64,000 bases of DNA, from NCBI GenBank assembly GCA_047495785.1, contig JBLDXI010000066.1, positions 1-64,000 on the forward strand, written 5' to 3'. The position numbers and the translations under genes are program-made. The DNA is from Lepidodermella squamata. Taxonomy: Eukaryota; Animalia; Gastrotricha. Below, piece by piece: positions 24,219 to 37,650 of the stretch (position 1 is the stretch's first letter; each line of letters opens with the position of its first letter). The notes under the pieces are model-generated. The model was not told the origin of the DNA. It saw nothing but the letters and a program-made list of their open reading frames with translations, and made no database searches.

Positions 24219-24974
24219 TGTAAGATTAAATGTTTAGAATGACCATTTTATCATTACCGTTACAACCTGTTTCGACCTCTTTTTAAGAATTACTTCGGTT
24301 GTGTCGTAGGTCGTAGGGGAGCTTCATACTTTGATTTGTTCATACCTAACAACATGGCCTGAGTATTGACTCAATATTGCAGTCAATATTTGACCAGGGA
24401 TTCAACTTTCATTTAAAAATTAGTGACGCTTATTTCATTATTGCGCTAATTTTATGAATCGAATAGGAGTAGCATAGGAGATAAGTATGTAGCATCTACG
24501 ATCTACGAGGAGTAGTAAAAATAAAGGTTAGCGGCGATCTAGCGACCGAAGCGAGCAAATTCTAGCAGAGTTAAAAACAAATTGCTTGAAAGTGAGCTAA
24601 TCTGACTCATTGGAAATGTTGACGCGTTCAATGCTGAATGATCGATGAAGGCCCAACAATAATGTCAGAATAATGTAGTAAAAGCGAACTTTTTGACATT
24701 TTCTGGCGGCCCTTTGGCATGTGCCCGCAGTGCCCGAGCGTTAATCTGCCACTCAATGGCTCGCGTCGCGGAGTCATTTTTCAAACGGTAAACGTCATAA
24801 AATTCAACGTTTCGATTTAGTAATTTTGTATCAAACAAAAAAATGTATTGGCCCGCTAATATTTCGAAAGTTATACAACTGAATTTGATCATTGATTTAT
24901 GGTGGCAATAGAACCACCAGGGTAGCAGCCATGGCGCCGCATCACTGTCGTTTTCAGTCGCATGGTAGTAATAC

Positions 24975-25200
24975 ACAGGTTTCCTAAGGGGGTTTGCAAA
25001 GACAAATGAAGCGGTTTTGCCGATTTTTTTGAACATTTTAACTTTACCGGAAGCATAAACTGATTTTGCAATATCTTCGTTAATATGATAGATAGAGGCT
25101 TGAAACTTTGTTTGCTAGGGTAACTTTTGCCGCTGAACAAGCTAGTGACATCAGCTTTACAGCATTCAACGCGGCTTATCGATTATCGATTATCGGTTAT
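24975..25200. repeat. Interspersed non-coding repeat, also present inverted at ~39950-40200
   Basis: Shared gaagcggttttgccg, ccggaag, gctgaacaagct and (cgattat)n blocks. Confidence 0.55.
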
Positions 25201-25714
25201 TGTAGATCGATCAACTGACTGATCGACATTAACTCAGCCATTTTCGATTGTTTCTTCAGAGCTCAGAGCTTATGTCTACTATCGGCTACATCATAAGCAA
25301 ATTTTAGTGAACCATGATCTTCATTGTTTATACTCCGGTACGCCATTTATGTTAGAGCGTAGTAAAAACACTGTTCAACCTGTATAAACCCTGTTTTTCA
25401 AATTTTTCGGACCTGTGTAAACATTAAACTGTGTAAACCTGTGTAAACTGTTTAAACAGCCCCATCCCTGGTTCTTTCAACGTGAGTGTACTTTCAACGT
25501 AACGCTCATGTTTAAAGTGTACTCTAAACGGCGGGCAACTTTCAATGCAACATATGCACTTTACTCAGCTCATCCCAAGTTGCCCACCTATGAAATCAGA
25601 CAGGAACAGCGGGGCTTCAAAATTGTTATGATAAATCATTTTTTATTTTAAATGTTGATGAAGTTGAATCGCGTAAAATTAACTTGAATGATATTATTTT
25701 ATTTTTTACTACAG

Positions 25715-26848
25715 GCAGTAAAATCCTATTTTCTATCTTCGCTACAAAGTGGTTACTTTCATCAACAAGTGAAGGCGTGTGAGACGGACGGCGGTCGTCT
25801 GGCGACGATTTTCACAGCAGCAGACTTGGCTGCGGCGGCGCAGTCTATAATGGCAGCAACGTTCGTCGGGTTAATGGCTGACTTCAGGTGGGACGACGAT
25901 AACAGCCTCATCCCAATCGTCTCCCCATTTTGGGAAATCAATAGCCTAGCCGGCCGCGGCAATTGTGAGTTTGATGGGCTGCTATATTTCGAGCTAGCTT
26001 TGTAACGAAATTCCACTTTTCCTGTACTATCTATAAAAACTAGGATCTGGAACTAGAAACTAGAACCTGAATCGAGGATTTTAGAGCGTTGCCTAAATAA
26101 TTGAGCCTTTGAGAGAAATAATTGAGAGATTAATACAAATCAATTCCCAATATGCATTTCAAACATTCTGGTATTTTCGACTCTTCAAAGAGATTTCGTA
26201 GTAGATCTGTTTGAAACAAAGCAGACATGTTCATCCGTATGCCTATTTGCCTGATAACTCATCTTTTTTCGCTTTTTTTAGTTTACAGAAGCTTTGATTT
26301 AATGGTATCTTTTTTAATTCCAGGTATTGTTATCGATATGCAAGGCTTCCATGATAGGGATTGCGATTATCAGAGTTATGGACTTTGCGCTGGCACCGTG
26401 AGTTTTAGCTTTCGACTCATCTTATTGAATAATTTCATGAACCAATATTTACCTTTCAGGTATTAGCTGAGATGGAAATTTCGGGTTCAAAAGGCACTAG
26501 GGATCAAATGGCCCAATATTGCCAAAATCGTAGCAAATCGCTTGTTGTAATCAAGGATCAAGCAACTTACGACGCCGCTAAAGCCAAAGTGAATTCAGTC
26601 GGCCTTGAAGCGTTCATCGGGGCTAAAAGACCCAATTTGGCTGATTATTCTTGGATAACCGGCCAGCCATTCGACAATTCGATCTTCGATTTCTCGGGAC
26701 AGCAAGACTTCAGCAGGCAATGTGAGGCGATCGATTTGTTAGTTGATGTAATTGTTTAATTTATTATCTAGGCGCGGCGATCTCCGCTGGTTCACTCATA
26801 CCATATTTTTGCTCTGCCGCCTTGCGTGGCTTATGCGAGAGAATTTGA
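25715..26848 (+). CDS. Double C-type-lectin-like domain gene, copy 1 (5' exon not resolved)
   Basis: ACETDGGRLATIF..FVGL..FRWDD..C..HDRDC..GLC and YCQNRSKSLVVIKD..AFIGA..YSWITG..C..C..GLCE; canonical introns. Confidence 0.75.
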
Positions 26849-27587
26849 GTTCTCTCGCATAAGCCATATGGTTGATGGTTGAAAATACCCCCAACTCGAG
26901 CATCCTACTTCGCACACTGCACGATTCTATAAACAATGAATGAAACCTGATCAACTATTACCTTATTACCTTATGAATGAACCTGGTTAACTTATCTATT
27001 TATCTGATTTCCTGAAGCAAAAACACAATTTCGATGTCATTTTTTTCTGAGAACCACATCTTGCTGAATTCAGTAATAAATCATTATTTGCCTTACTTAT
27101 TTACGCGTACCGATCTCCACCGATCTGTGGGAGAGAACGTGAGAGAACAAATCACAACTTTTGCAATGAGACAGTGTGAACTATAAACCCGATGCTCGCC
27201 AATCAGTAGCCATCAGTATCAATCAGTCAACAAAAAATCAGTAGAAAAAGCACGAAATAGATTGTTAGATTGTTGTTCCTTGTTAGATTCTCCGTGAAAG
27301 ATTCAGATTCTTTAGCATTTTAGTGAAATCTAAGGTCACCTTAGGGTCAAACTCCCTTTTTTGAGGTTTCAGCGATGTGAACCATACAGTGAAAACGTTG
27401 TTTTAATTGAGATCCTGAGACTGGCTATTCGAGATCCTCATAGAGATCCTCATAGAATCGCAGTTAGCTAGCGGCCCTGTCACAGCACCAAATGCAAGAG
27501 ATCAAAAGCGCAGCAAATGTCACCGAGTTTCTCTGGGCGACAACTCCACTGTCAACTCGAATGTCAATAAAATCGACACCAAAGTGT

Positions 27588-29231
27588 ACTGCGACCGACG
27601 ACGACAGTGCTGCGGCGCCATGGCTGTTACCTAGGTGGATCTACTACCACCACTACGACCGTAACAACAACAACAACTACACCTACCACGACTACTACTA
27701 CTACTCCTACTACTACGACAAAAGTAAGTTTTCAATTTTTATTAACACTTTAACTGCCAAAAATAGACTGCGAGGTCCGATATTTGGGTCTAATTCCTGG
27801 GTCTGTCAAAAAGTCATGTTTTTCGGGTCAACGATGCGTCGAGAGTCAAAATGCCTGACGGCAAAGAGCTCCGTAGATCAAAAAGGCAAAAAATTCGTCT
27901 AAAAGTGGTGTTTTATGCCCTATTGTCGACCCAATAGACAGGATCTATGGGCAGCGATCGTGAGTAGGTCCTAATTTTCCCATACGATCTACGCGTGGGG
28001 TCTAACCAATTATGTCTATCCCAGTGTCAAATTTAGATCTAGCCAGGGTCTACTTTTTACGACTGGGTATAAGGCTCTAACGTTTTCAATTTATTAAATT
28101 GTCTCTACTCATTTGAAGTTGCTCACCTATTTGGTCTTTGAAATCAGAGGGGCTTACGGCATACATTTCTAAAATTAGGATTTCAAATGCTGACGAAAGC
28201 ACATCTTTGAATCGCGTAACGTCAAACGCCATGCTTTGAATGATATTTTTCAACGTGTAACTATTATCGATAGTAAAATCCTTCTTATTGTTTCTTATTG
28301 TTTCTTATTGTCGCTTGAAAGCGGCGTCTTCCGTGAGCAAGTGGAGGCGTGCAAGACGTTTTTGGCGACGTTTTTCACGGCAGCTGAATTTGCTGCGGCG
28401 ACACAGGCTGTACCTTTAGAAGCGTTCGTTGGGTTAATGACACCACTTTCAGGTGGGACGACGATAACAGCCTTGTTCCAATCGACTCGCCCTTTCGGGG
28501 CAGCGTCGACCCAAGCGGCACGGGTAATTGTGAGTTCGATGGGTTGTTATATTATTTCGAGCTTCAGAAATAGATGTTCAAAAGTAGACTTGTTTAGTCT
28601 TTTGCCTTATGCTCATTTGTCTGATAGGTCTACCACATGTTAGGATTAAATTTTTTCTGTTTGTTGTAGTTATTGAAGTTTTGATTTATTGCTTACTTTT
28701 GTATTTCCAGGTATAGTTATGACAATAGATGATTTCCGTGATGAGGATTGTACTGTATGGGCTTTGCGCTGACGCTGTAATTTTTTGCCCACGGCATTGA
28801 CTATAATCTATAATCTATAATCCCATGAACGAATAATAGTATCTGTGGTGGAGATTTCAGATTCAACAGGCACTAGGGATGACATGGTCCAATATTGCCA
28901 AACTCGTGGAAAATTGCTCGTTGTAATCAAGGATCAGGCAACATTCGACGTAGCTAAGTCACTAGTGAATTCGCCCACCCTTCAAGCCTTCATCGGGGCT
29001 CAACGACCCAATGTGGATGAATTTTCCTGGATAACCGGCCAGCCATTCGATAATTCATTCTTCTCCGAATCGCCAGACATCAACCAGCAATGTGAGGCAA
29101 TCGATTTATACATATTATGCGTTAGTGCAATTGTTAAATGTTATTATCTAGGCGCAGTGATATTCGCCGGTTCACTCATACCCCAGTTATGCTCTGCCAA
29201 CCAGCCTGGCTTATGCGAGAGCATAATTTGA
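27588..29231 (+). pseudogene. C-type-lectin-like gene, copy 2, with Thr-rich (mucin-like) exon 27588-27723; frameshifts and damaged acceptor
   Basis: Homologous to 25715-26848. Frame breaks near 28290 and 28440; poly-Thr run ends at a gtaagt donor. Confidence 0.7.
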
Positions 29232-29710
29232 GTTTTCAAGTACACCGCGCGATTCTATGAACAATTCATGAAACTTGAGTTGACTATCATCTGATTTCCC
29301 GAAATAGCAGAGACATTGTGATGTCAATTTATGCTGAGAACCTCATCTTGTATGGCAGTCTTTAATAAATCATTATTTGGCATATCGTTCAGGCGTATGT
29401 TAGTTACGTTATTGGGCTGTATCTGACAGTTAACAAGTGAAAAGTGAGGTTAGGCGAAATTTGTGAAATCGTGTTATTTATGATGCCACTTTTAAGTTGG
29501 GCGAAGCAGGAGCCGAACGATATCAAAAAAAGGTTAATAGTCATCACGGTTGTTAAGAAAATTCAAGAATCGCCCCTCTTCAAGTCAACGCACCTTTTAC
29601 TATTTGCTGGAAAATACGCCAAACCCCACTTTTCACATGTCAATGGTCATCTTTTATTGTCAGCAAGAAAAGTATGTAACAAAAGGCCATCCGGCAGTTT
29701 TTCAGCGGTC

Positions 29711-30324
29711 TTATTCTTCGCCGTCGCCTTCAACCTCGTCATCGTCATCGCCATTGCCGCCGCCACAGTTCGAAATGCAACCCTCGCCGCAATGCTCCTG
29801 GCTCCAGCCACAATAGCCTAAACAGAATAACAAATTAATTTACTAAATTTAATTTATTCTAAATTTTTCTCCTCACCGTATTTGCTGCAGCAACTGCCAC
29901 CAGGGCATGGCCGGTCCTCGCCACACTGAGTGTCTGTCTGCTGGGCATTGCAATTACTCAAACAGCCTTCGCCACAGTGATCCGTAGAATAGCCGCAATA
30001 GCCTGTGAGGATAAACAACTTTTTTATCATATTTCTGCGGAAAAAATTGAAATTTTAAAATGAATTTTGGAAATTTTGGATGTTGCTGAAAATTCAACAA
30101 ATTTGTTGAAAATTCTAAAATCTGTTAAAATTAAGTAGCGAATTTCTCAGAACTTTAATAAAATTTCGAATTTGTTTTGATAACTTACCAAACTTGCTAC
30201 AGCAAGCTCCGTTGGTACAGGGTCTTGTCGGAGTGCAAGAGCCGCCAGACGCATCGCCTCTAGCGGCCATCAGAGCGATGATGGTAATGATCACAGCAGC
30301 GAAAACGAGCAAAAACTTGGCCAT
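29711..30324 (-). CDS. Secreted protein with two hevein-like (CBM18/chitin-binding type 1) domains and an acidic tail; exons 30324-30189, 30002-29877, 29817-29711
   Basis: [34 protein letters not shown] and [34 protein letters not shown] fit CCSx[FYW]G[YW]CG; signal peptide; in-frame phase-1 introns. Confidence 0.9.
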
Positions 30325-30825
30325 GCTTCTCAGCGAAAGAATAATATATGACCGAGTTGTATACTTCAGAAACTGCTACCTGCAATACTGACCAAGCTTT
30401 CATATTTGAGGGCTATAGTTGTTTCGCAATCTGGCGTCAAGGTGACGCAAAATGACCGGCGCCAGATGTTGAAGAATTACGAACTCCGAGTGTTAGATTG
30501 TAGTGATATTAAAATCGAAGTGGCGCAACTCGTCCTCTCAAAGAATTAGATTTATTTTGGGACATGAGAAGATTACAGAGCCAAGGCAAATCGAATTAAA
30601 AAAGGAGGAGTCGAACTTGAAGCGATCATCATTTTAAAGGAATTCTAAAAAATGTATATCAAAAAATTAAAATACCTTCTAAAATAGTATGCAGGAATTA
30701 AGTATTATATTAAGTAATTAGTAGAAGTAATTAGTAGAATAGTATGCAGGAATTAAGTTTCGATTTTTATCCATATTGCTTAATCTAGAGCAATATGCCA
30801 GAGCTAGAGGAAAAGGATCATCACC

Positions 30826-32400
30826 ATTTTATTCGTAAATAAATATTTACAGGATTAGAAGGGCAGGCCACTAACACTAACCCGATTAGTTGTCATATAG
30901 CGTACTATTTTTTGATATTAAGTTTCCTTTACAGTATTGCAATAAATTCACACGATCAAGATTATTTTTAAATAAAGCATTCTTCGTAGTAAGAGGCAGG
31001 CTATCATCGAAGTCAAAAATATGAGGCGGTAAACGGTTCCATATATTTACAATACGATTTAAGAAGTAATTTTTATATATAGGCTTCGTAGGATTTTTAA
31101 AGTTATTATTAGGGTTAAGTACATTAAATCTGAAACGATGACCACGATTATTATTTTGCACAACAATTATATTGTTTTTGATGGTTTTTTGCACGGACCC
31201 GTTAATAATTTTAAATAAGAAACAAAGGTCGTAGATAAGGCGTCGTTCTTCGAGGGATTTAATATTCAGAATATTGAGGCGCTGTATATAATTCGGCCTA
31301 GGCCTATATAGAGTAGTTAATAGTTGAGAATCCAAGAGCACGGCGAGTGAAATTTGCTTGTACTTTCTCGATAAGATCAATTATTGTTTTCAGACAGGGT
31401 GACCATACAGTTGTGCAATATTCCAATAATGGCCTAACATATACACAGTAGGCCCATTTGAGGATATGAGGAGGTTGGCCTTTCAGGGCCCTGAGGATAA
31501 GATTAGCCCGATTGTAGGCTTTAGAAATTATATCACTGATGTGAGATTTAAAATTCAACCTATCATCAACGATCAGACCCAAATCTTTATAGCTTGAGCC
31601 ACCGAGGACGTAAGTAGAATGAGGATTTTTTGATCCCAGGTGCAGTACGGCACACTTTTCCAGTGATAACTCAAGTTGCCAAGTTGTGATCCACTTGAAT
31701 AAATTATTGAGCGATAAAGATAGGCGTTTAGAGACGGAGTCATCGTCACGATAGAAAAGAACGTAAAGCTTGCAATCGTCAGCGAAGAGTTTGATCGAGA
31801 CACCTTTCGGTAGGGAAGAGGTGAGATCATTTATGTAGATAAGGAATAAAAGAGGACCAAGTACCGAGCCTTGAGGTACCCCACTAGAAGCAGAACTTTC
31901 ACTACTTAACGTGCCATTAACGTTTACTTGCTGAGAACGTTCGTTAAGATAAGAAGACAGCCAATTTATAAGGTTACCGATGAGTCAGAGGTTTAGCTAT
32001 AGAAGAGCCTAATTTTTTGAAGAAGACAGTAGGAAGGCCATCTGGGCATATCGAATGAGAATCAGACAGGTTTAGAATAATTTCAAGAGTAGAGTCATCG
32101 TTAAAATTCAAAGATGCGAGACAGTCATTAATACTACTCGTAAATTGAGGGGTCAAATTATCATCAAGAGTGAAGACAGAGGAGAATTGGTCATTTAGAG
32201 CCTCGGCTTTTTCGCGGTTTTCAACATATAGAACACCAGAGCTATTAAGAACAGGAGGAATTTTTGAGTGATCGCCCAATTTAGAATTTACAAAGCTGTA
32301 CATTGTTGATACATTTTTCGACGAAATCATATTTCTAACATTATCATTTTCAAATTTTGCAACAGCCGTTTTATACTGAGAAGCAAGTAGATTGAAGTAG
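30826..32400 (-). mobile_element. Second CR1-like LINE family, 5'-truncated and internally deleted RT
   Basis: KAEALNDQFSSVFT, GVPQGSVLGPLLFLIYINDL, LFADDCKL, YVRPLLEYC, LEERRL, RGH. Confidence 0.88.
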
Positions 32401-32927
32401 ATTATCGCAAAAAATTTGTATGCGATTGATCTAGTTTGTTATCTTTGGTTTCATTCCCTAATTCGATTATTCTGACTACTCTGTGAATCTAATAGTTCGG
32501 TTACCAGACAGCGGTGAAGTGAGGGCGCAACATTGTAATGAGCGGTACCGAAAATGTCAAAATTTCTGCTATCAAAACCCCTACTACCACGAAATAATTA
32601 AGCATTTAGACGACGCTGTCGAAGTGCTGACGCAGAAATGTCAATGAAATCACAGCGTTAGAAACACTGAGCAGAAAATCCAGAAAATCGGACAGCACTT
32701 TGACCCAAATTCGCAAAAATCACCACCTGGGATTGAACCTTGCAGCACTCTGCCAGCGACAGATCCCATTCGAACCATTTTCTGAACCATTTTCAACAAC
32801 CAGAGATGAAATTCCGACGGACTGCTGTCGAGCTTCTTTCATCGCATCCAAACGTGTCGTTCAGATCGAACCAGTTTCTTCGGATCGAAAGGCGCAAAGT
32901 TTTCGCGAACATTGATAGCAGGTTTCT

Positions 32928-33060
32928 AAGTGCCGAATGGATGCGGAACAGGTGCGGAACGAGTGCGGAACAGGTGCGGAATGAGTGCGGAACAAGTGCC
33001 AAGGTGCGGAATAGTGCCGGATGAAGTGCCGAATTTGGTGCTGAATGAAGTGCGGAAGAA
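32928..33060 (+). repeat. Degenerate ~10-bp tandem repeat (gtgcggaaca-like), probably TE subterminal
   Basis: Repeated gtgcggaa/gtgccga units. Confidence 0.7.
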
Positions 33061-33120
33061 TTGGAAAACAGGCGATAATTCCTTAGGCGACGGAGGACTT
33101 CTCTAACGTTCTCATCGTAT

Positions 33121-35560
33121 TCATAGATATTCAAATAGGCCATACCTTGTCCGGAACGCTGTTTTCCACTCATCACCAGCGCGAATTCGGAGCAAATTGT
33201 AGGCACCCCGGAGATCCAACTTGGTAAAAATCTTCGCTTGACGAAGCCGATTGAGGAGTTCAGGAATTAAAGGAAGTGGATATCGATTCTTCTTCGTAAT
33301 CTTGTTAAGGCCGCGATAGTCAACACATAGGCGTAGAGAACCATCTTTTTTCTTCACAAAAAGGATCGGTGATCCCGCGGAGGACTTCGATGGACGGATA
33401 AACCCTTTTTCGAGGTTCTCCCCAATGTATTTCTTCAATGCTTCGAGCTCGACTTCTGAAAAGCTGTAAATCGGACCAAAGGGCTGCGTTTCTCCGGGTT
33501 CAAGATCAATCGGGCAGTCGTAGGGTCGGTGGGGAGGTAACTTGTCGGCCTCCCTTTCGCTGAATACATCTGCAAAGTCGCGGTACTTTGAAGGTAGGGA
33601 GTGCAGAGGATCTTCAAGATCTGTTGTTTTGCTGATTGCGGCTATGAAGTGACTTTGAAATTCCGTGTTGTGATGCTTCTTACACAGTGGCGAGTTGAAC
33701 ATGATTGATTCACTGGACCACTGGATAGATGGGTCATGAAGCTTAAGCCACGGCATTCCGAGAATGCAGAGTTGCACTTGTATAAACAGTCTGTAAAAAC
33801 ACACGTGTTTAAACACATGATTGAACAGTATAAAGTTTTGGTGCCATGTGAAAATGTATAAATACAGTTGCAGAAACGTAGCAGGTTTTGACCACTATAA
33901 CAAGGAAACTAAGGTGAAAGTTGAGGGAATTTCGTCATTTTGTAAACTTATCACATATCGAGACGTATACTATATGATACTTGTATTTAGATAGTGTATT
34001 AGATGACGTTGGGTAATGGGATATACGCAGGATGCAGTGTGCGACTTTCAGGGAGGGATGGGGGGGATCATCCCCCCCAGCTCGGCCGGGTCAAACAACA
34101 AAATGAGAATTTATCCCACTGTTTGGTTAATTTTGAGAGGTTTTGTAGAATGTTTTAGTGGAAAATCTTCAAAATGTTCTCGCTTCGCTCGCTATTTAGT
34201 AAAATTGACCAGTCATTTTGGCAAAAACAGCAAAAAAATTTTTTCCATCCCCGGCAGCTCCGGGATCCAAGATCGCACCCTGGCAGGATGAACAAGGGTT
34301 CCCAACGTGCTTGAGCTTCATCAGCATCATTTTCTGAAACTAAGGTTACTGCTATCGTAAAACAGATATCGCCATTGAATTCCTGGTCAAAAGTTACCCT
34401 AGATAAGTCAAAGAAAACGACTAGCAAAAAGACTTTAGGGCAATTTTTTATTACTGCAATAAAGTAATCTGGACCGGAAGTGATCCTATCTCGGAAACGG
34501 CGATGGGTATGAAAATTCTGCAAAGGCCATTCGATCCGGCGGGGCCCTTTTCATTTTCTTTGTTAACTTTCTTTGTTGGCAAGAGCTCAGCTGTCCATCG
34601 TTAATTCTCGACGAACCGTAAAATTGTTTCTCAATCTCGCCTTTAGATTCCTTTTGCCTCGCAGGTTTGCATCATAGGTGCCTAACTGTGGCCGCTAAGC
34701 TACATGCTGCTAATCGCTTTCTTGACACGTAATAGGGTAACTTTTAACGAGGAATTCAATGGTGACATCTGTTTTACGATAGCAGTGAGTCCTGTGGTAA
34801 GAAAACAAAAATATGGTTTGGCTAGGCGTCGAAACCTGAGCCTTAGTCTTATTATTTATATGCAGTGTTTAAACATATATTTTTACATGTTTAAACAGTT
34901 TATACGTATAAACATGTATAAATTGACCGCGATCTGTGAATAGTGCAACCCTGCGAGAATGACGGGGTATTGAGGGCTGTCGATGAGCTCAAAAGCAATA
35001 GTCTCAGTGTGGCCGTAGACTTCGAAGCGGAATTGATGCGTGAGCGCGGAGTCATTCCACGTTACATCGTCATGCCAGACGCTGAAATTCGGCAGCATAT
35101 ACGGCAACCGAACGATTTCAGAGCATTTGGTTGGCTCGTCACTGGTGGAACTGGTGCAACTTGAGATACAGCATTCGACGCAGCAGAACTTCGAAGAGCA
35201 TTGACGGCTGTACAGAGATGAGCAAATTGATCGGTAAAGGGTAAAGGCGTCGAGTCGATGGTTGATCATAACATTTTGACCTTGCAGATTGGCCAACTGA
35301 GCTAGGAGTTCAGCAGCTTCCATTGCGGGCGTGAATCGGAATCGAAAGGCAATAGGTGGCTAGCCGAGAGCAAGAGTTTGTATTATCGTGTAAGGAGCGG
35401 GGAAAAAAAGAAGCTATTTGCCAAGTATTGCCTTTATTGATAACGAGAATATTTAATAATACAAACTGGATCAATACAGAAACAAAGATCTTTATATATG
35501 TCCATGGAATAATCTGGAACATAGAAGGTTCCAGAACATAGAATGTTCTAGATCCTGACA
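33121..35560 (-). mobile_element. Ty3/Gypsy (Tf1/sushi-like) remnant: 5' LTR 35389-35560, deleted gag/protease, RT N-terminal half
   Basis: TG..CA LTR with TATA; WNDSALTHQF; PVILGMPWL (after removing the hAT); [45 protein letters not shown]. Confidence 0.9.
33767..34953. mobile_element. Non-autonomous hAT element inserted in the Gypsy pol region
   Basis: TIR cagagttgcact/agtgcaaccctg; perfect 8-bp TSD cgagaatg at 33759-33766 and 34954-34961. Confidence 0.85.
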
Positions 35561-35809
35561 GATACGTAGTGACTGAACGAGCGCAGTGACTGAAAAATTG
35601 TGAAAACGCAAAACAGAAAGCACATTTCTGGCTCTGAAAATGCATAACTGCAAATTTTGTAGTAGCTACATCACGACTGATTCTGAGGCTAAAGTTTGTG
35701 GTTTGCTGAGTCCAGTGCACTTTCCTTTTACGAAAAAGGGGGATGGTTTACTTTCTTGGGGGCGCGACTTTTCGCGAAGAGGGGTAAACCCCCTCATCCC
35801 TCCCGCTAC

Positions 35810-36600
35810 TTCCAACACTGCAGTGGGGTGAAACTTGCGCCTCCAATCGCTAGTCCCGATCAGAATGAAAGGGAAGCCCATGTGCGTTGTGCCGAACGAG
35901 GCGTCGAAGTGTAATGGGCGGCCATGCTTGTGATGGTCAATCAAGCGTGGTCTGGAGAATGCGGAATTGTTGGGCGCAGTGGACCGTCTCGGGTATGACC
36001 TCGCACTGGTCGACAAAGCACGTGTCAAGATTTTCAGGCACTTGCAGCTTATTTTCGCAAAAACGCTCAAGGTCAACCAAGGTCACCGGCGAATCGTCGG
36101 GTAGCAGCGCCCGCTCCTCTGTTTCAGGTAGACGACGATAATTCGAGCGATGTCAAGATAAATAGACTTGGACCGCCCGTAAAGTTGTTTTCTATAAACA
36201 TTTTAAGGCGGATGACTAGTTGATAAATGATAAATGAGAAATTAACTCACATCAGTCACCCAAGTATCGTCGATTGCCTGCATGACCTCGGGTGTCAAAG
36301 GCGACGGTTCTTCAGGGTGCCGGTGATGGATGTCGTTGTCGTAATTTTGGTTGCTTCGCCGTGAACAGCCTTAACTTCGGCCCGGCAAATTCGCTGGCCA
36401 TTTCTACGCCGACGGCCTCCCTTCGCACAGCCGTAGTATTCAACATAGCAGCCTCTCTTCTCCGAGCCGCCTCGTTTCCGAAACAATGGGCCCCTATTAC
36501 CAAGGAAGGCCTGGGCTTCCTCGTACGACCCGGAAAAAATAGGTAGCCAGTTGTTTTTCAACTTGTCGTAGTCATCAAAAATTCCACCTGTTGGTAGCTG
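35810..36600 (-). mobile_element. MULE (Mutator-like) transposase remnant
   Basis: EYYGCAKG..CRAEVK DNA-binding-like motif and LHFDASFGTTHMGFPFILIGTSDWRRKFHP catalytic-D region. Confidence 0.65.
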
Positions 36601-37650
36601 CGATTCTAAATCATCGGCTTCAATGCTATCGCCATCGATGCTTTGAAGAGGTGGCGGCTGATCAGGTGGCTGGTGAAGCTCATTAATCAATTCTTCAACT
36701 TCGTCGAGAAATCTCATGTTTGAACGTTGAGAAATAACGAAATAAGGGTATGCTACGTGATTTATATTTTGCGCGACACGTGGTATTACAGTGCTCCCTC
36801 GATAAAAGCACTGGGTCGGGAGCCAGACCCGGTCTTTAAACAAGGGAAAGCTAAAACGAGGGCTGTAATTGAATGCAGAAGCTAAAAATAGACCGTTTCT
36901 ACGCCTTAGGACAGTTGCCATGCCAACGCGCAGAAAGAGACGGACACGGATTACGTGTCATTACAATTTTCGCTCGCTGAAGGCTGTGAAACAATAACAC
37001 TGAATCATAAGTTCGTCGCCAAGTTTTTATTCTTATTTGCCAGGGCGGTTTTGATTTGACTCGTTGGCCTTGTTTTTTACTCTGATTTTAAATCCTGCCT
37101 GGGGTTAACGAACTCAGAATAAAAAACCTGGAATCTCATTAGGTACTTCAATTTACTTCAAAAATGCCCAGCTCGTCCGATTTCGCAAACAAATTTCATT
37201 TGAAATAACAGCTTAAAACATCAATCACCTTGGTCAAGATTTACCAGAATACTTCTGAATTAATCACCAGCAAATTCACCCAAACATTCTCAAGATAAAT
37301 CAGTGTTCAATTCAGAACTCATGCTTCGCCTAAAATTCTTAGAATTATTTAAAAAGTAATATGAAATTTGAAACAATTAGGATGAAAAATGTATGACTTT
37401 TCCTTTTTAAATTCATCGAAATAATGGCATTGAGCAATCACGGGCCAATTTCAAGGCATAAGACGTGTGGTTCGGTCAAGAGGGAACGATTCGATTGGTG
37501 TTTTGATTGAATGGAATAAATTTGTATCTTCTCAGGCGTGATCTGATTTTTATTCGACTGACCTATTAAGATCAGAGCAAGGTACAAAATCGGGCAGAAG
37601 CTCCCGCCGCCCCTCCTCGGGATGTTGCGATTTTCAAAGTCAAAATCGAA

